A stretch of 64,000 nt of DNA from an uncultured candidate division Zixibacteria bacterium (GTDB lineage Bacteria; Zixibacteria; MSB-5A5; GN15; FEB-12): positions 544,001 through 608,000 of the forward strand of contig OY760907.1 in the NCBI GenBank assembly GCA_963664195.1, written 5' to 3'. A model generated the notes under the pieces. That model was not told where the DNA came from, made no database searches, and worked only from the letters and a program-made list of their open reading frames with translations. Made by a program: the position numbers and the translations under genes. Below are positions 49,536 through 59,986 of the stretch, piece after piece (the first letter of the stretch is position 1; each line of letters begins with the position of its first letter).

Positions 49536-52295
49536 CTACTCGAACGGCAATCCTCCCGAAACCGGACGGCCGAGCATTTGCTGCAAGTACGGATCTGAGA
49601 GATTGCGACCGTATTCACCGTGACGGCGCGCAGACTCTATCATATCGGTCTGACGTCCGGTCTGATTGAGGACCATGATGAGCTTGCGCCAGGTGTAATT
49701 ACTGTTGGGATTGATATCAAATGCCTTCCAAACCAGTTCTACTCCCTGGTCGATCATGGCGGAATCCCCGGTCAGCCGTCCAAGCTCGACTTTCGTAGAA
49801 CCGAGGTCTTGCAGGTAGTAGTAGTTGGTGGGATTGGACTCCACAAACGCCGCCAGCGTGTCATGCAATTGCTGCTGCAGCGCCAGCGCCCTGGCGCTGT
49901 CACCGGTGCGGCGAGCCAACTCAGAGAGATTATCGTACGGTTGCCAGTATTCAGGATAGACGTCGATCATGTGTTCCATCAGGGCTACGGCCCTGGTAGT
50001 GTCGCCGTCGTGAAGAAGTGCATCGTAGAGACGCAGAGTGCTCATGCCTACTCCGAGCGGCACTCCGGTAGCGTTGTCGTCGCGGAACACTTCAGAGCTT
50101 TCCATTCCGTCGAACCGGTACGTATTCATGAACAGATCGTAACTCTTTTCCACGTCGATAAGGCGCTCCGGCGGATTCAGTTCCAGCTTGAACACCTGCC
50201 CGACTTGCACCGCCTTCTCCCTGAGTTTGAGGGGCGAGCCGGAATACGGCGGCGAACTGAAATAGATCGGGTCTTTGAACTTGTTGCCGAGAACGATCTC
50301 ATCGGTAATCATGTCCGCGACTCTTAAGGCGCCACCGTTGAACGGCTGAGCAACCATGTAAGTGCGGATACCTCGTGGCCGATGCACGAACCGCTCCGCC
50401 GGATGAGTCACGATAGTACCGTTAGCCGACTCGTAATCATTCCAGAGAATCTGTTCATCGGTCAATCCGATCGGTACGTCGTACCGGTTCTTCATCTGGG
50501 CCACATACCAGTCAGTATTAAGCAGCGACAGGTTGACTACGCGAATGTCTTTGCGGTAGTCATAGACTTCCTGAAGACACCAGACCGGGAAGGTATCGTT
50601 ATCACCGGCGGTGAAGAGAATCGCGTTCTTGTCGCAGGAATCCAGAAGATTCTTAGCATAACAATACGGCAGGATATTCTTGGATCGGTCATTGGCATGG
50701 TAATTGTGCCCGAGCGAAATCAGCGGAAGTAACACCAAGATGCAACACGCATACGTGACGGTGCGGCGTATCCCGGAATCGGAGTCCCTGAAGATGTCTT
50801 TGACATACTGCATCAGTGCCGATATCCCCATCCCCATAGCGATGCCGAAGAATACAAAGGCCGGCGTAAAGAAATAGTCACGGTTCCTGACCTCGAGATA
50901 GGCATCACCCGTTCCAAAAAACGCGTAACGGGTGCCGTCGGCGAAGTTCATATACAAAATAAGTCCGACCGAGCAGAGTAAGAGCAGGGTAAAGAACGGT
51001 AACCCGATCTCAAGTCGTTTGCGAATCGCCACGATTGCCCCCAGCAGGCCGAGAATAAGGAACGGCGCAAACTTCCAGCCCCCGTCGGAGTACTGCTCCT
51101 CAAAGTAGGACCAGAACCCCATGTGAATGTGGCGACCGAACTGGTTTTCAAGCGCGCCGCGACGGACAAACATGCGATCTACCATCGACACCTGGCCGTA
51201 CTGTTTGCGGTCCAGGAAATCGACGAAAGTCTGGAAGCTGCGTGACGGGTTGTTCTCGTCGATTCGCGGGTTGTGCGCCGACCGAATCGGTATGTACAGA
51301 TGGCATGAGAACCCCACAAAACCGATGACCAGGATCGCCAGGGCGGTCTTCCACTGAACGCTGAATCCCATCTGCTTGCCCAGGTAGGCCAGAATCAAGA
51401 TGCCCGCAATGCCAATCGGTAACAACATGAAATAGAGGCTGAACGCGATCATGACCGAAGAGCAGGTCGCAATGGCAACCAAAATGCCCCAATGAATCTT
51501 CTTGTGCAGTTTGAACAGAAGGAGCGCGCCGAGAATGACTGAGACAATCTTGAACGTCCCGGCTCCCCCTCGCCCGTCGGAAAACACAAGAATGAGTGCC
51601 AGTTCGAGAATCACGTAGGCACAGACCATCAGGTAGTCTTTCCAATCGGCCTCTTTCTTGAGAATGAAGAAAATGGCACAGACCGGAACGACCAGAAAAA
51701 CCGTCATGTGTACGCCAAGTCCGAGCATGCCGAGATACATGGCCATCACCATCGTGCCGGCCGCCTGCATCGTACCGCGCTGTTCGAAATACCGCATGGT
51801 CAACCAGACGATACATACAGAAAGGGCCAGCCCGAGACCGTACGCCTCCGCCTCAACCGAGTTGCCCCAGTTTGTGGACGAGAAGGCAACGAAAAAGCCA
51901 CCGGCGATACCACCCACATAGGTGATCAGGCGATTGATCCCACTCTCTTCGTCGGAGCGCAGAAAGTACTTAACCAGCCGAACAGTAAGCAGATAGCTGA
52001 ACATGGCCGTAAACGACGAGGAAATCACGGTGGTATAATTGATCCGATAGGAGATATCTTCAACAAACGGTATGATTGAGAAAATCCGGTTTATCAGCAT
52101 CAGCAGTGGAGTTCCGGGCGGGTGCGGAATCCCCAGGATGTATGAGCTGGCGATGAACTCGCCGCAATCCCAGAAAGAGAACGACCGCTGGACGGTCATG
52201 GCGTAGACAATAAACGCCCCCAGGAAGACGAGCGCGGCCAATATGGCATTGGTACGATCACAGTTCCGGGAGTTTGCATGGGTAAGGTCGGACAA
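49536..52295 (-). CDS. DUF2723 (TMEM260-like) GT-C glycosyltransferase with a C-terminal TPR-like region
   Basis: SFWDCGEFI...HPPG, EAEAY, GDNDTFP and NLSLLNTDWY. Confidence 0.88.
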   Translation of the reverse strand: MSDLTHANSRNCDRTNAILAALVFLGAFIVYAMTVQRSFSFWDCGEFIASSYILGIPHPPGTPLLMLINRIFSIIPFVEDISYRINYTTVISSSFTAMFSYLLTVRLVKYFLRSDEESGINRLITYVGGIAGGFFVAFSSTNWGNSVEAEAYGLGLALSVCIVWLTMRYFEQRGTMQAAGTMVMAMYLGMLGLGVHMTVFLVVPVCAIFFILKKEADWKDYLMVCAYVILELALILVFSDGRGGAGTFKIVSVILGALLLFKLHKKIHWGILVAIATCSSVMIAFSLYFMLLPIGIAGILILAYLGKQMGFSVQWKTALAILVIGFVGFSCHLYIPIRSAHNPRIDENNPSRSFQTFVDFLDRKQYGQVSMVDRMFVRRGALENQFGRHIHMGFWSYFEEQYSDGGWKFAPFLILGLLGAIVAIRKRLEIGLPFFTLLLLCSVGLILYMNFADGTRYAFFGTGDAYLEVRNRDYFFTPAFVFFGIAMGMGISALMQYVKDIFRDSDSGIRRTVTYACCILVLLPLISLGHNYHANDRSKNILPYCYAKNLLDSCDKNAILFTAGDNDTFPVWCLQEVYDYRKDIRVVNLSLLNTDWYVAQMKNRYDVPIGLTDEQILWNDYESANGTIVTHPAERFVHRPRGIRTYMVAQPFNGGALRVADMITDEIVLGNKFKDPIYFSSPPYSGSPLKLREKAVQVGQVFKLELNPPERLIDVEKSYDLFMNTYRFDGMESSEVFRDDNATGVPLGVGMSTLRLYDALLHDGDTTRAVALMEHMIDVYPEYWQPYDNLSELARRTGDSARALALQQQLHDTLAAFVESNPTNYYYLQDLGSTKVELGRLTGDSAMIDQGVELVWKAFDINPNSNYTWRKLIMVLNQTGRQTDMIESARRHGEYGRNLSDPYLQQMLGRPVSGGLPFE

Positions 52296-52447
52296 AACGG
52301 ACTCCTAAAGGCATAAAGCCATTACGTCGATAAAGTTAAGGGCTATCGATTTTTGATCGAAAACCAAATATAATAGCTGGCACTTTGATGCCAACAACAT
52401 TTTTACCAGATTAGCGGCAACATCGATTAATCAATTAGGAGGTAGCT

Positions 52448-52696
52448 GTGCTTATTTGGAGTGGACTTTTGTTCTTCCTCGGCATACTGGCCTTTGTCGA
52501 TTCAATGTTCAACATGGGTCAGATATTTCGCCAGGTGAATTCGGTTATGTTCCTGCTGATATCTCTCGCGCTCTTCATCCGGACCACCACCAAAGCAAAA
52601 GAGGGCAAGCTGGAAGATTACCGACAGCGCGTATTCAGTCTTGAACGTCAGGTTCAATCGCTAAAAGCCAGTCAGGAGAAGCTGAACCAATTCTAG
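52448..52696 (+). CDS. Small membrane protein (2 TM plus coiled coil)
   Basis: AGGAGG RBS and GTG start. Confidence 0.7.
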   Translation: MLIWSGLLFFLGILAFVDSMFNMGQIFRQVNSVMFLLISLALFIRTTTKAKEGKLEDYRQRVFSLERQVQSLKASQEKLNQF

Positions 52697-54537
52697 CCGA
52701 CTTCCTGCGTGGCCAGTAGCTCCCTCAGTCTCGCCCGTATTTCGGAAACGAAGGGATAGTCCGGATACGCCTCCAGCAATTGACGATAGATGTCCCTGGC
52801 TTGATCGATACCCGACTCTGCCCCAACCAGAATGTCAGCTTTGAGCTTCAACCCGAGCGGTGAGTAGTAAGAATCCTCGAACTCCGTCGACAGACGGTCA
52901 ATAGCGACAAGAGCGGCTGTTGTGTCGGCCGATTCCATCTCCAATTCGACCAGATCAAACAACGCGATGTCAGCCAGGGCCCGGTTGTCAGCACCGATCA
53001 CTTCACCCAACTTCGCACGAGTGGAATCCGTCAATCCCTGCTGTTGCAGGAACAGGGCGGCCGCGTAGTCACCGAGCAAAGCCTTGTCTTCACCGGCTTG
53101 ATCAAACAGCAGAACCATGCGAAGCGCATCGTTGACAAACATCCCCTGTGGATAATCGACCATCAGCTTGCGGAAACCTGCCGCAGCAGAGTCGAACTCG
53201 TTTGCGAACAGACTGATTAGCGAAAGGAAGTATGCCGTCTCCTCAAGCTGGTCGTTTTCAGCTTTGCTGTTGGCGATCTCGACGAAACCGGTTTTGGCTT
53301 CCTCCAGTTGGCCGGATCGAAGGTAGCAGTGCGGAATAGCCTGTCTTGCATTCAGATAGCCGTTGCCTTGCGGGAAGTTGTTCACTACCGAGTCAAAATA
53401 GACCAGGGCTTGTCGATAGTCATGCAGGAACTCAGAATAAACCACACCAATTCCGAAGAGGGCGTCGCCAAGAATCCGCGGATGCGAGTTAGTGGCCGCA
53501 ATCTTGTCGTAGGCGGCAATGGCATCCCGTGAACGTCCAAGGCGCACCAGCGCCTCGGCTCTGGAAAACGCGGCCTCTATTCCGAATCGGGGATCGTCGT
53601 GGTGTTCGAGAAAGTGCTCTCCCACTCTGACCACCTGCTCCCAGGCCTGCCGCTCACGACAGCGGCGCATAACGTTGATCAACGGCGTTCCTGTTCCGCC
53701 TGAAAGAGAGTCCTGACGAAGCGCAATGGCAAAGGCCTCATCAAAACGGTCGATCTTAACGTAATGGTCGGCCAGAAGACGCAGGGTGCGCTGCCCCGCG
53801 GTACTGTCGGCAAAGGACATCAGCACATCTTCAACCTGTTCGGCAGACTCGGGGAACGATAGCAGCGCGAGCAGTTTTCTCTCGGCATTACCTGCGTCAC
53901 GGGTTGAGTCCTGATTCAGGACCGGGATATACTCACGAGCAGCCTCGACATACTCGCGCCTGGCCTCCAGCAGCCCTCCGCGCTCGAGCCGGAACAGGGT
54001 CGGGTCCTTAATACCCTTGCGAACCTTGTCGATATGGGCCAGTGCATTCTCTTCCATCCCCGCGGCAATCATGCTGCGAATGATGAGCAACTGGTTACTG
54101 GCGTTCTTTGAATCAAGCTGTTTCTCGACCGCCCGATACTGAACGATGGCTTCCTCAATCTTCCCTTGTTTCGCCAACAACTCGGCGAGATTGAGTCGTG
54201 AACCAACCGCCTGTGGCTGCCTCTGCAGTATCCGTCTGGTCAGTAGTTCTGCCTTGCTGTACTGTTTGAGCTGTTGATAGCAGGTCTTCAGCAGATTCTC
54301 GATAATCCCGTTGTCGGTTGAGGACTCGTATGCGGTTTCAAGTACATCAGCCGCTCCCTGATAGTCGCGCGCCCTGATTAGTTTCCGCGCCAGAGCGATC
54401 CGGGAGTTGGTGTCTTGCTGCTTGAGACCGATGACCGGCTTGTCCTGGAAAGGACTCTGTGATTCCTGGGCAGATGCCGGAAAAACGCAGACCGCAGATA
54501 AAGCGGCGACCAACAGTATGGAGACAGATAACTTCAT
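52693..54537 (-). CDS. Exported tetratricopeptide repeat protein
   Basis: Signal peptide and repeated TPR helices (e.g. YRQLLEAYPDYPF). Confidence 0.85.
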   Translation of the reverse strand: MKLSVSILLVAALSAVCVFPASAQESQSPFQDKPVIGLKQQDTNSRIALARKLIRARDYQGAADVLETAYESSTDNGIIENLLKTCYQQLKQYSKAELLTRRILQRQPQAVGSRLNLAELLAKQGKIEEAIVQYRAVEKQLDSKNASNQLLIIRSMIAAGMEENALAHIDKVRKGIKDPTLFRLERGGLLEARREYVEAAREYIPVLNQDSTRDAGNAERKLLALLSFPESAEQVEDVLMSFADSTAGQRTLRLLADHYVKIDRFDEAFAIALRQDSLSGGTGTPLINVMRRCRERQAWEQVVRVGEHFLEHHDDPRFGIEAAFSRAEALVRLGRSRDAIAAYDKIAATNSHPRILGDALFGIGVVYSEFLHDYRQALVYFDSVVNNFPQGNGYLNARQAIPHCYLRSGQLEEAKTGFVEIANSKAENDQLEETAYFLSLISLFANEFDSAAAGFRKLMVDYPQGMFVNDALRMVLLFDQAGEDKALLGDYAAALFLQQQGLTDSTRAKLGEVIGADNRALADIALFDLVELEMESADTTAALVAIDRLSTEFEDSYYSPLGLKLKADILVGAESGIDQARDIYRQLLEAYPDYPFVSEIRARLRELLATQEVG

Positions 54538-54546
54538 GCGAACGCG

Positions 54547-57500
54547 CTATTCCCTTCCTGTCGGTTGTTGCCCGTTGCGATACTCGGCTTCCGCCTTGAG
54601 CAACGCCTTGAAATACGCTTTGATCTGTTCCTCATACTGAGGAGGATAGTCCTTGCCCATGAACTTGCGCAGCCGGTCTTCCAGCCTGGCACCGTCTTCG
54701 AGAAAACCTTCCGGCAGTGAGGGGGGAACAAACACCGCCTGATCGGTGGCTGAATTGGCTCGTCGTTTCTCCGAGAAATCCTTCCGCTGAAGAGAGCGTG
54801 TGGCCTCGAGCATGCGTGAGTAAATCTGCAACTGGCGCTCGGTTGTCTCGGGGCCGATCTCACCGGAGAGCAAAGCCTCCTCCACCTTTTCCATTTCTTT
54901 GCCGATATCGGAGAGGCGACCAAGAATCTGGCGCGATCCTCCGAATTCCTGTTCCAGTTGCTGGAGAGATTTACGGATCGCCCCCTGCTCACCGGCCAGG
55001 CGCTGTAATCCCTCACGCGACTGAGCACCTTCCATCCCCTGATTGGGTCGACCGGACTCCCCCATCCTCGGGTTGTCACAGTTTCCGGGCTTATTGCACT
55101 GCCCCTGAGTTTCCTGGTTCAACTGATTCTGCTTATTGCAGAGCGACTCCATTTTGGGCATGCCGCTATTGCAGCTTGCATTTGGATTGTTGCACTGGTT
55201 CATCTGGTCCAGCGATTCCATTAGCCGTGTAGCGGTGCGGTTCAGACCGGCCATCGCCTCACGCTGGTGTCTCATGGCGGAGCTGCCGAGTTTCTCGCCA
55301 AACCCCTCGGTGGCGAGATTCATGTTCTGCATGGCGTTGTTCACCAGCGATTGTAACTCGCCGGCAATGAACGGTGACTTGCGCCCCATCGACTCGATTG
55401 CCTGCTTCAACCCGTTACAGGCTTCCCGAACATCCTGCTGGGAGGCGGCCATATCACGAAGGACCATCGATCTCGGATCAATCGTCTGAGCTTCACGAAG
55501 CAGGTCTTCTTCTTCCTGCGAGAGGTGATTGGCGTGATCGATAGCGCGCCGCATCTCTTTTCTGAGTTGCTCGGCGTCGTCGGAATTCAGCGCCAACTGC
55601 GCCTGTTGCATCTGATCGAGCATCTGGAGCAACTTGGAATGAGCTTTCTGCCCTTCGTTCTGCGCGTCCTGCTTCTGCTGCTGGTTCAGTGCGTTGGACA
55701 TCTGCTGCATGTTCTGATCGGCGTCGGTCTTTTCCAGCGCCTCGGAGAATTTCTGTGCCTCCGGGTTCTCCTGCATGTCTGCTTCCGCCATCAACTTCTG
55801 GAGGTCTTCGCCCTCTTTCTTGAGTTGTTCCAGCGACTCGCGGTTTTCATCTTCAGGCTGACTCAGTTGCGGCAGCGATTCATTGTTGGCGGCCTCGGTA
55901 TCCTCGTTGGATTTCTTCTGACGGGCCACGATTTCCTCGGCCTTACGCACCATCGCTTCCATTTTCTGCTGCACCTGCATCTTCTTCAAGAGGGCAAGAG
56001 TGCGTTCCAGACGCTGCATCAGTTCTTCCTGAGACAGTTCCATGTCCTTCATCGCCTTCTGCATTTCCTCGCGATCCATCTGCTGAAGCGCTTCCATCAG
56101 TTTCCGCTGGGCCTCGCGCATCTCCGGTGTGGCAACGTCCTGGAAAAGCTTCTGTATCTCCGCCAGCTTCTCCATGATCTCGCGGCTCATCAGGGAGTTA
56201 TCCTGCATCTTTTCCAGGGACTTCTCCATCTGATCCGCCATCTGTTCGACCTGCTGCAGCATCTCTTCGTTCTTCTGCGCGATTGACTCAAGTTCCTTCT
56301 GTTGCTGCCATTCCGCCGACTGAGTACTCTGGTTCTGTGATTCAAGCTTGCGGGCCGCCTCTTTCAACCTGCGGCTGAGTTCCTTGCCGGTCTGGATTAG
56401 TTCCTCGGTGTCGGCAACGCGACGATTCGACTCCTGCTCTCCCTTCGTGAGGATTTCTTCGAGCGAAGGTATCCGGGCGACATACTTTCGCGAGGCGGTG
56501 ATCTTTGGTCCGGAAATGATGTCGTTGTCCGCGATCTCGAAATAGTACGTCACGTAGTCTCCAGGGTACATGTTGAGGCGATCCATGTCCCAGTTGAACT
56601 CGACATCTCCCTCTGTCTTGATTTTGTCGGAGAAGTGAAGCACCGCCACGTGTTCCTCGGAGGGCCGCCCCTGAGAGACCTGCGTGAATTTCATAACGAG
56701 CGAGGAGAAGCCGAAGTCATCGAAAATCCGGACCAGAAGAGGCAGTATCATCTCGTCATTGAGGTTGACGTCGAACCCCGGCCGGATGACATCAATCGAG
56801 GGGTACTCATCCGGAATAGCCGTAATATAGTACTCCACGGGGTCGGGGTTTTTTTCGCCCAGTCGGTTCAGTAATTCGATTCGATATGCTTTCGACCGAT
56901 CCACCACCATCGAGAGCTCGGCCGACTTCCCGTCGACTGTAAGCGGCGTACGGCTGCTGTCCTCAAACACCAACGCGGCCTTTTCAATGGGAAGGTTGGT
57001 TTCTATCTTCATGTTCACCCGGCTGCCGACGACGGCCGAAAACGAACCGTTGATTTCATCGATGGTCGTTGGTGACAGCCCGGTATAGTCAGGGTAGAAT
57101 ATCTGTAGCTTGATGCCGCTCACTCGCGGGCGATCGACAACGTCTATCTGCTGCACTTCGGTTGTAATTTCGCCTGCCTCGATGAAGAAATCGAACGAGC
57201 GATTGATCTGCCGCAAAGTAATACCAAACACGAGAGAGTCGCCGCTCTCGACCACGTGCTGCTCAACCGCGGCGAGGTCAACGCGCGTTTTCTGCCAGCT
57301 TCCTCCGGCAAGACGGTGGTGTATGTAGGCCGTTTCGGGAAGTCTCAGGCCTGTCACTGCGCCGCCGATCCTGATGTCACGGTATTTCACCCACTCGGTG
57401 GATCCCGGCACCGCCACCACCTGATAAGCTACCGGGGGGGCGATCCGGGTTGTCGGGTGCGAATAGACTTCGAACGCATAGCTAAAAAACCCCGGTGCAA

Positions 57501-58005
57501 CCAGCAACACGATAACGGCCAGGGCTGCAGCCGTAACGAAATACTTGCCGGTCCTGAGAATCGGATGGAGTGTGACGACCTCGCCAAAATCGATGTGGCC
57601 GGATTCCCGCAGCGCCTGTTCTTCAGTAACGCGGATGAGGTCGGAAGAGAAACCGTCGTGTCGTACCGATCGCGAGAACTGTATGGCGGCAATCAGCCTA
57701 CCCTTCAGATCAGGGTTGCGCTCTTCAAGCGCCAGTGCTACCGAGTCGACACTTCCATGGAACAAGCGTGATACGGCAAAGCGTACAAACAGATAAATCG
57801 TCACGCCGCCAGTGAGTACCAAAAGCGATGCCTTGAGCCAGACGGGCAGAACCATGACATTGGCCAGTAACGAAAGCACAACCGATGTAGTCAGGAGTGC
57901 AGCCACGGCCAAGAGGGAGCCGCCGATGAACAGCACAAGACGCTGCCGCGACAAAACTCCGCGAAGTCCTCTCTCCAACTGCGAGCTTGATTTGATTTCA
58001 GCCAT
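54547..58005 (-). CDS. DUF4175-family membrane-anchored coiled-coil protein
   Basis: N-terminal TMs, YPDYTG, DDFG, DNDIISGPK and a long Q/E/M-rich coil. Confidence 0.78.
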   Translation of the reverse strand: MAEIKSSSQLERGLRGVLSRQRLVLFIGGSLLAVAALLTTSVVLSLLANVMVLPVWLKASLLVLTGGVTIYLFVRFAVSRLFHGSVDSVALALEERNPDLKGRLIAAIQFSRSVRHDGFSSDLIRVTEEQALRESGHIDFGEVVTLHPILRTGKYFVTAAALAVIVLLVAPGFFSYAFEVYSHPTTRIAPPVAYQVVAVPGSTEWVKYRDIRIGGAVTGLRLPETAYIHHRLAGGSWQKTRVDLAAVEQHVVESGDSLVFGITLRQINRSFDFFIEAGEITTEVQQIDVVDRPRVSGIKLQIFYPDYTGLSPTTIDEINGSFSAVVGSRVNMKIETNLPIEKAALVFEDSSRTPLTVDGKSAELSMVVDRSKAYRIELLNRLGEKNPDPVEYYITAIPDEYPSIDVIRPGFDVNLNDEMILPLLVRIFDDFGFSSLVMKFTQVSQGRPSEEHVAVLHFSDKIKTEGDVEFNWDMDRLNMYPGDYVTYYFEIADNDIISGPKITASRKYVARIPSLEEILTKGEQESNRRVADTEELIQTGKELSRRLKEAARKLESQNQSTQSAEWQQQKELESIAQKNEEMLQQVEQMADQMEKSLEKMQDNSLMSREIMEKLAEIQKLFQDVATPEMREAQRKLMEALQQMDREEMQKAMKDMELSQEELMQRLERTLALLKKMQVQQKMEAMVRKAEEIVARQKKSNEDTEAANNESLPQLSQPEDENRESLEQLKKEGEDLQKLMAEADMQENPEAQKFSEALEKTDADQNMQQMSNALNQQQKQDAQNEGQKAHSKLLQMLDQMQQAQLALNSDDAEQLRKEMRRAIDHANHLSQEEEDLLREAQTIDPRSMVLRDMAASQQDVREACNGLKQAIESMGRKSPFIAGELQSLVNNAMQNMNLATEGFGEKLGSSAMRHQREAMAGLNRTATRLMESLDQMNQCNNPNASCNSGMPKMESLCNKQNQLNQETQGQCNKPGNCDNPRMGESGRPNQGMEGAQSREGLQRLAGEQGAIRKSLQQLEQEFGGSRQILGRLSDIGKEMEKVEEALLSGEIGPETTERQLQIYSRMLEATRSLQRKDFSEKRRANSATDQAVFVPPSLPEGFLEDGARLEDRLRKFMGKDYPPQYEEQIKAYFKALLKAEAEYRNGQQPTGRE

Positions 58006-58071
58006 GGTGTTCTCCCGCTCTCAACGCTGTCTCTAAAGGCCCGTATTTAAGAGTATCGGTCGCCCGTACAC

Positions 58072-58809
58072 CTAGTACAACAGGGCATAGGCAAGTATGT
58101 TCAGTCCCATTCGGAACGCCTCTTGACGTTTCTCCGGGGGATCATTGTGGACTTGTCCGTCTTCCCATCCGTCGCCGATGTCCGATTCCACCAGGAAATA
58201 GACCACAACCCGTCCGCCCACAATTATCGCGTACCCTCGCGGAGGGAGGTTGTCATGCTCGTGGATTTTTGGGGGGCCGTTGGGGAAGTCATAAAAACAA
58301 TGATAGATAGCATGATCAAACGGAAGTTCGACGACCTCACGCTCGGGAAACAACGCGGCCATTTCCTTGCGGAAGGTTTCGTCCATGCCGTAGGAGTCAT
58401 TGACGAAGAGAAATCCGCCCCCGGCAAGAAATGACCGCAGACGTTCTTTCTCCTCGGTGGAAAAACTGATCACCCCGTGTCCGGTGGCAAACAGAAACGG
58501 ATACTGGAACAATTCAGGATCCATGATTTTGACCTGTCGTTCGAGTGTGTCGACGACAAAATCGGTGTTATCCCGGACGTATTTAAGAAAATTCGGAATC
58601 GCCGAGTTACCCCAATACCAGTCGCCACCGCCGGAGTAGTGCAGGCGGGCAACTTTGATGGCCGACGGGTTCGGATTGAACTGTCCCTCCAGATAGCCAC
58701 GTTCCGGCGCCAGAGGATCGCTGAGCGGTGTCTGCGCGGCCGCAAGGCCGGCCAGGCCGACGGCTATGGCCAGCGCCAGAAGTATGTGAATTGGACGTAC
58801 CTTACCCAT
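58072..58809 (-). CDS. DUF4159 domain protein
   Basis: YSGGGDWY, YPFLFATGHG, PKIHEHD, DIGDGWED and AFRMGLN. Confidence 0.9.
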   Translation of the reverse strand: MGKVRPIHILLALAIAVGLAGLAAAQTPLSDPLAPERGYLEGQFNPNPSAIKVARLHYSGGGDWYWGNSAIPNFLKYVRDNTDFVVDTLERQVKIMDPELFQYPFLFATGHGVISFSTEEKERLRSFLAGGGFLFVNDSYGMDETFRKEMAALFPEREVVELPFDHAIYHCFYDFPNGPPKIHEHDNLPPRGYAIIVGGRVVVYFLVESDIGDGWEDGQVHNDPPEKRQEAFRMGLNILAYALLY

Positions 58810-58950
58810 ATCTTCTAATATACGCCTTTTGGAGAGTTTCCGCCCAAAAAAACAGGGGATTTCCGCGCAGGCGGCCTGATTGCCGTCACACGAGAACACG
58901 TTGGTGTCGCTGTCGTATGACTGTACGTAGCTGGCAGAGTTTCTCTACGC

Positions 58951-58983
58951 AAAAAAAGGCTGCCGAAGCGATTCGGCAGCCCT
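58951..58983 (-). terminator. Intrinsic terminator after secF
   Basis: ggctgccgaa-gcga-ttcggcagcc with an A7 tract. Confidence 0.8.
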
Positions 58984-59044
58984 TGGATAGTCGATAGATG
59001 ACTGTCAGACAGGGTCGTCTGACAACCAAAGAAAACAGTCTCTG

Positions 59045-59971
59045 CTACTTAAAGCGTTTCGGCCAAAGGGCTTCCCACTCAACCACTATCGGCGAAGCGA
59101 CAAAGATCGAAGAGTAGGTGCCGACGAACACGCCAAGAATCAGGGCTATCGAGAAGTTGCGGAGCACTTCACCGCCAAAGATGGCGAGTGTGCCGACCAC
59201 CAACAGAACCGTGAAAGAGGTGTTGAACGTACGAGACAGCACTTCGTTAATCGAGAGGTTGACCGCCTGGACGAATTCACCACGACCACGGAACTTCTTG
59301 AGGTTCTCCCTGATGCGATCGAACACCACCACGGTATCCGTCAGGGAATACCCCGCAAGGGTCAGTAGCGCAGTAACGATTAACAGGTCGAATTCCAACC
59401 CCATCAGATAGCCGATACCGAGCACCGCAAGCACATCGTGAAAAGTAGCGACCGTGGCAGCAATGCCGGAACGGAAATCGAATCGGAGCCAGATATAGAT
59501 GATGATGCCGATCAAAGAAATCAGAATTGCCTTTATTGCATCGCTGCGAAGGCTCTTACCTACCGCCGGGCCGATGATGTGTTCGGCATCAACTTCAAAG
59601 ACGTTGCCTTCAAACCGCTCGCCGAGGATCTGCTTGATAAGCGCGACCCGGTCTTTTCCTTCAGCTTCGGACTCCGGACGCTTGGTTTTGATAATGAACG
59701 CGTTCGGGTGCTCAAAGTCAGAAAGCTCGGTTACCAGTACGTCATCGAGGCCCCCCGAAAGAGCACCGCGGAGGTCGTCGATTTCAATGGACTGTGCAAA
59801 GTGCCCCTGCAGCATAGCGCCACCGGCGAAATCGATGCCCATTGGTGCCTTGCCGGTTGCGACCATAACCAGGGCAAAAAGCCCCAGTGCGACCAGCAAT
59901 GCGGACACTCCAAAGGCAATTCGACGAACGCCAATGAAGTTTATGTTCGTGTCAGGAAATATTCTGAACAT
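59045..59971 (-). CDS. secF: Protein translocase subunit SecF
   Basis: GIDFAGG, IGPAVG, HDVL, GYSLTDTVVVFDRIRE and GTYSSIFVA. Confidence 0.96.
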   Translation of the reverse strand: MFRIFPDTNINFIGVRRIAFGVSALLVALGLFALVMVATGKAPMGIDFAGGAMLQGHFAQSIEIDDLRGALSGGLDDVLVTELSDFEHPNAFIIKTKRPESEAEGKDRVALIKQILGERFEGNVFEVDAEHIIGPAVGKSLRSDAIKAILISLIGIIIYIWLRFDFRSGIAATVATFHDVLAVLGIGYLMGLEFDLLIVTALLTLAGYSLTDTVVVFDRIRENLKKFRGRGEFVQAVNLSINEVLSRTFNTSFTVLLVVGTLAIFGGEVLRNFSIALILGVFVGTYSSIFVASPIVVEWEALWPKRFK

Positions 59972-59986
59972 GGTATTCTTCTTCTC

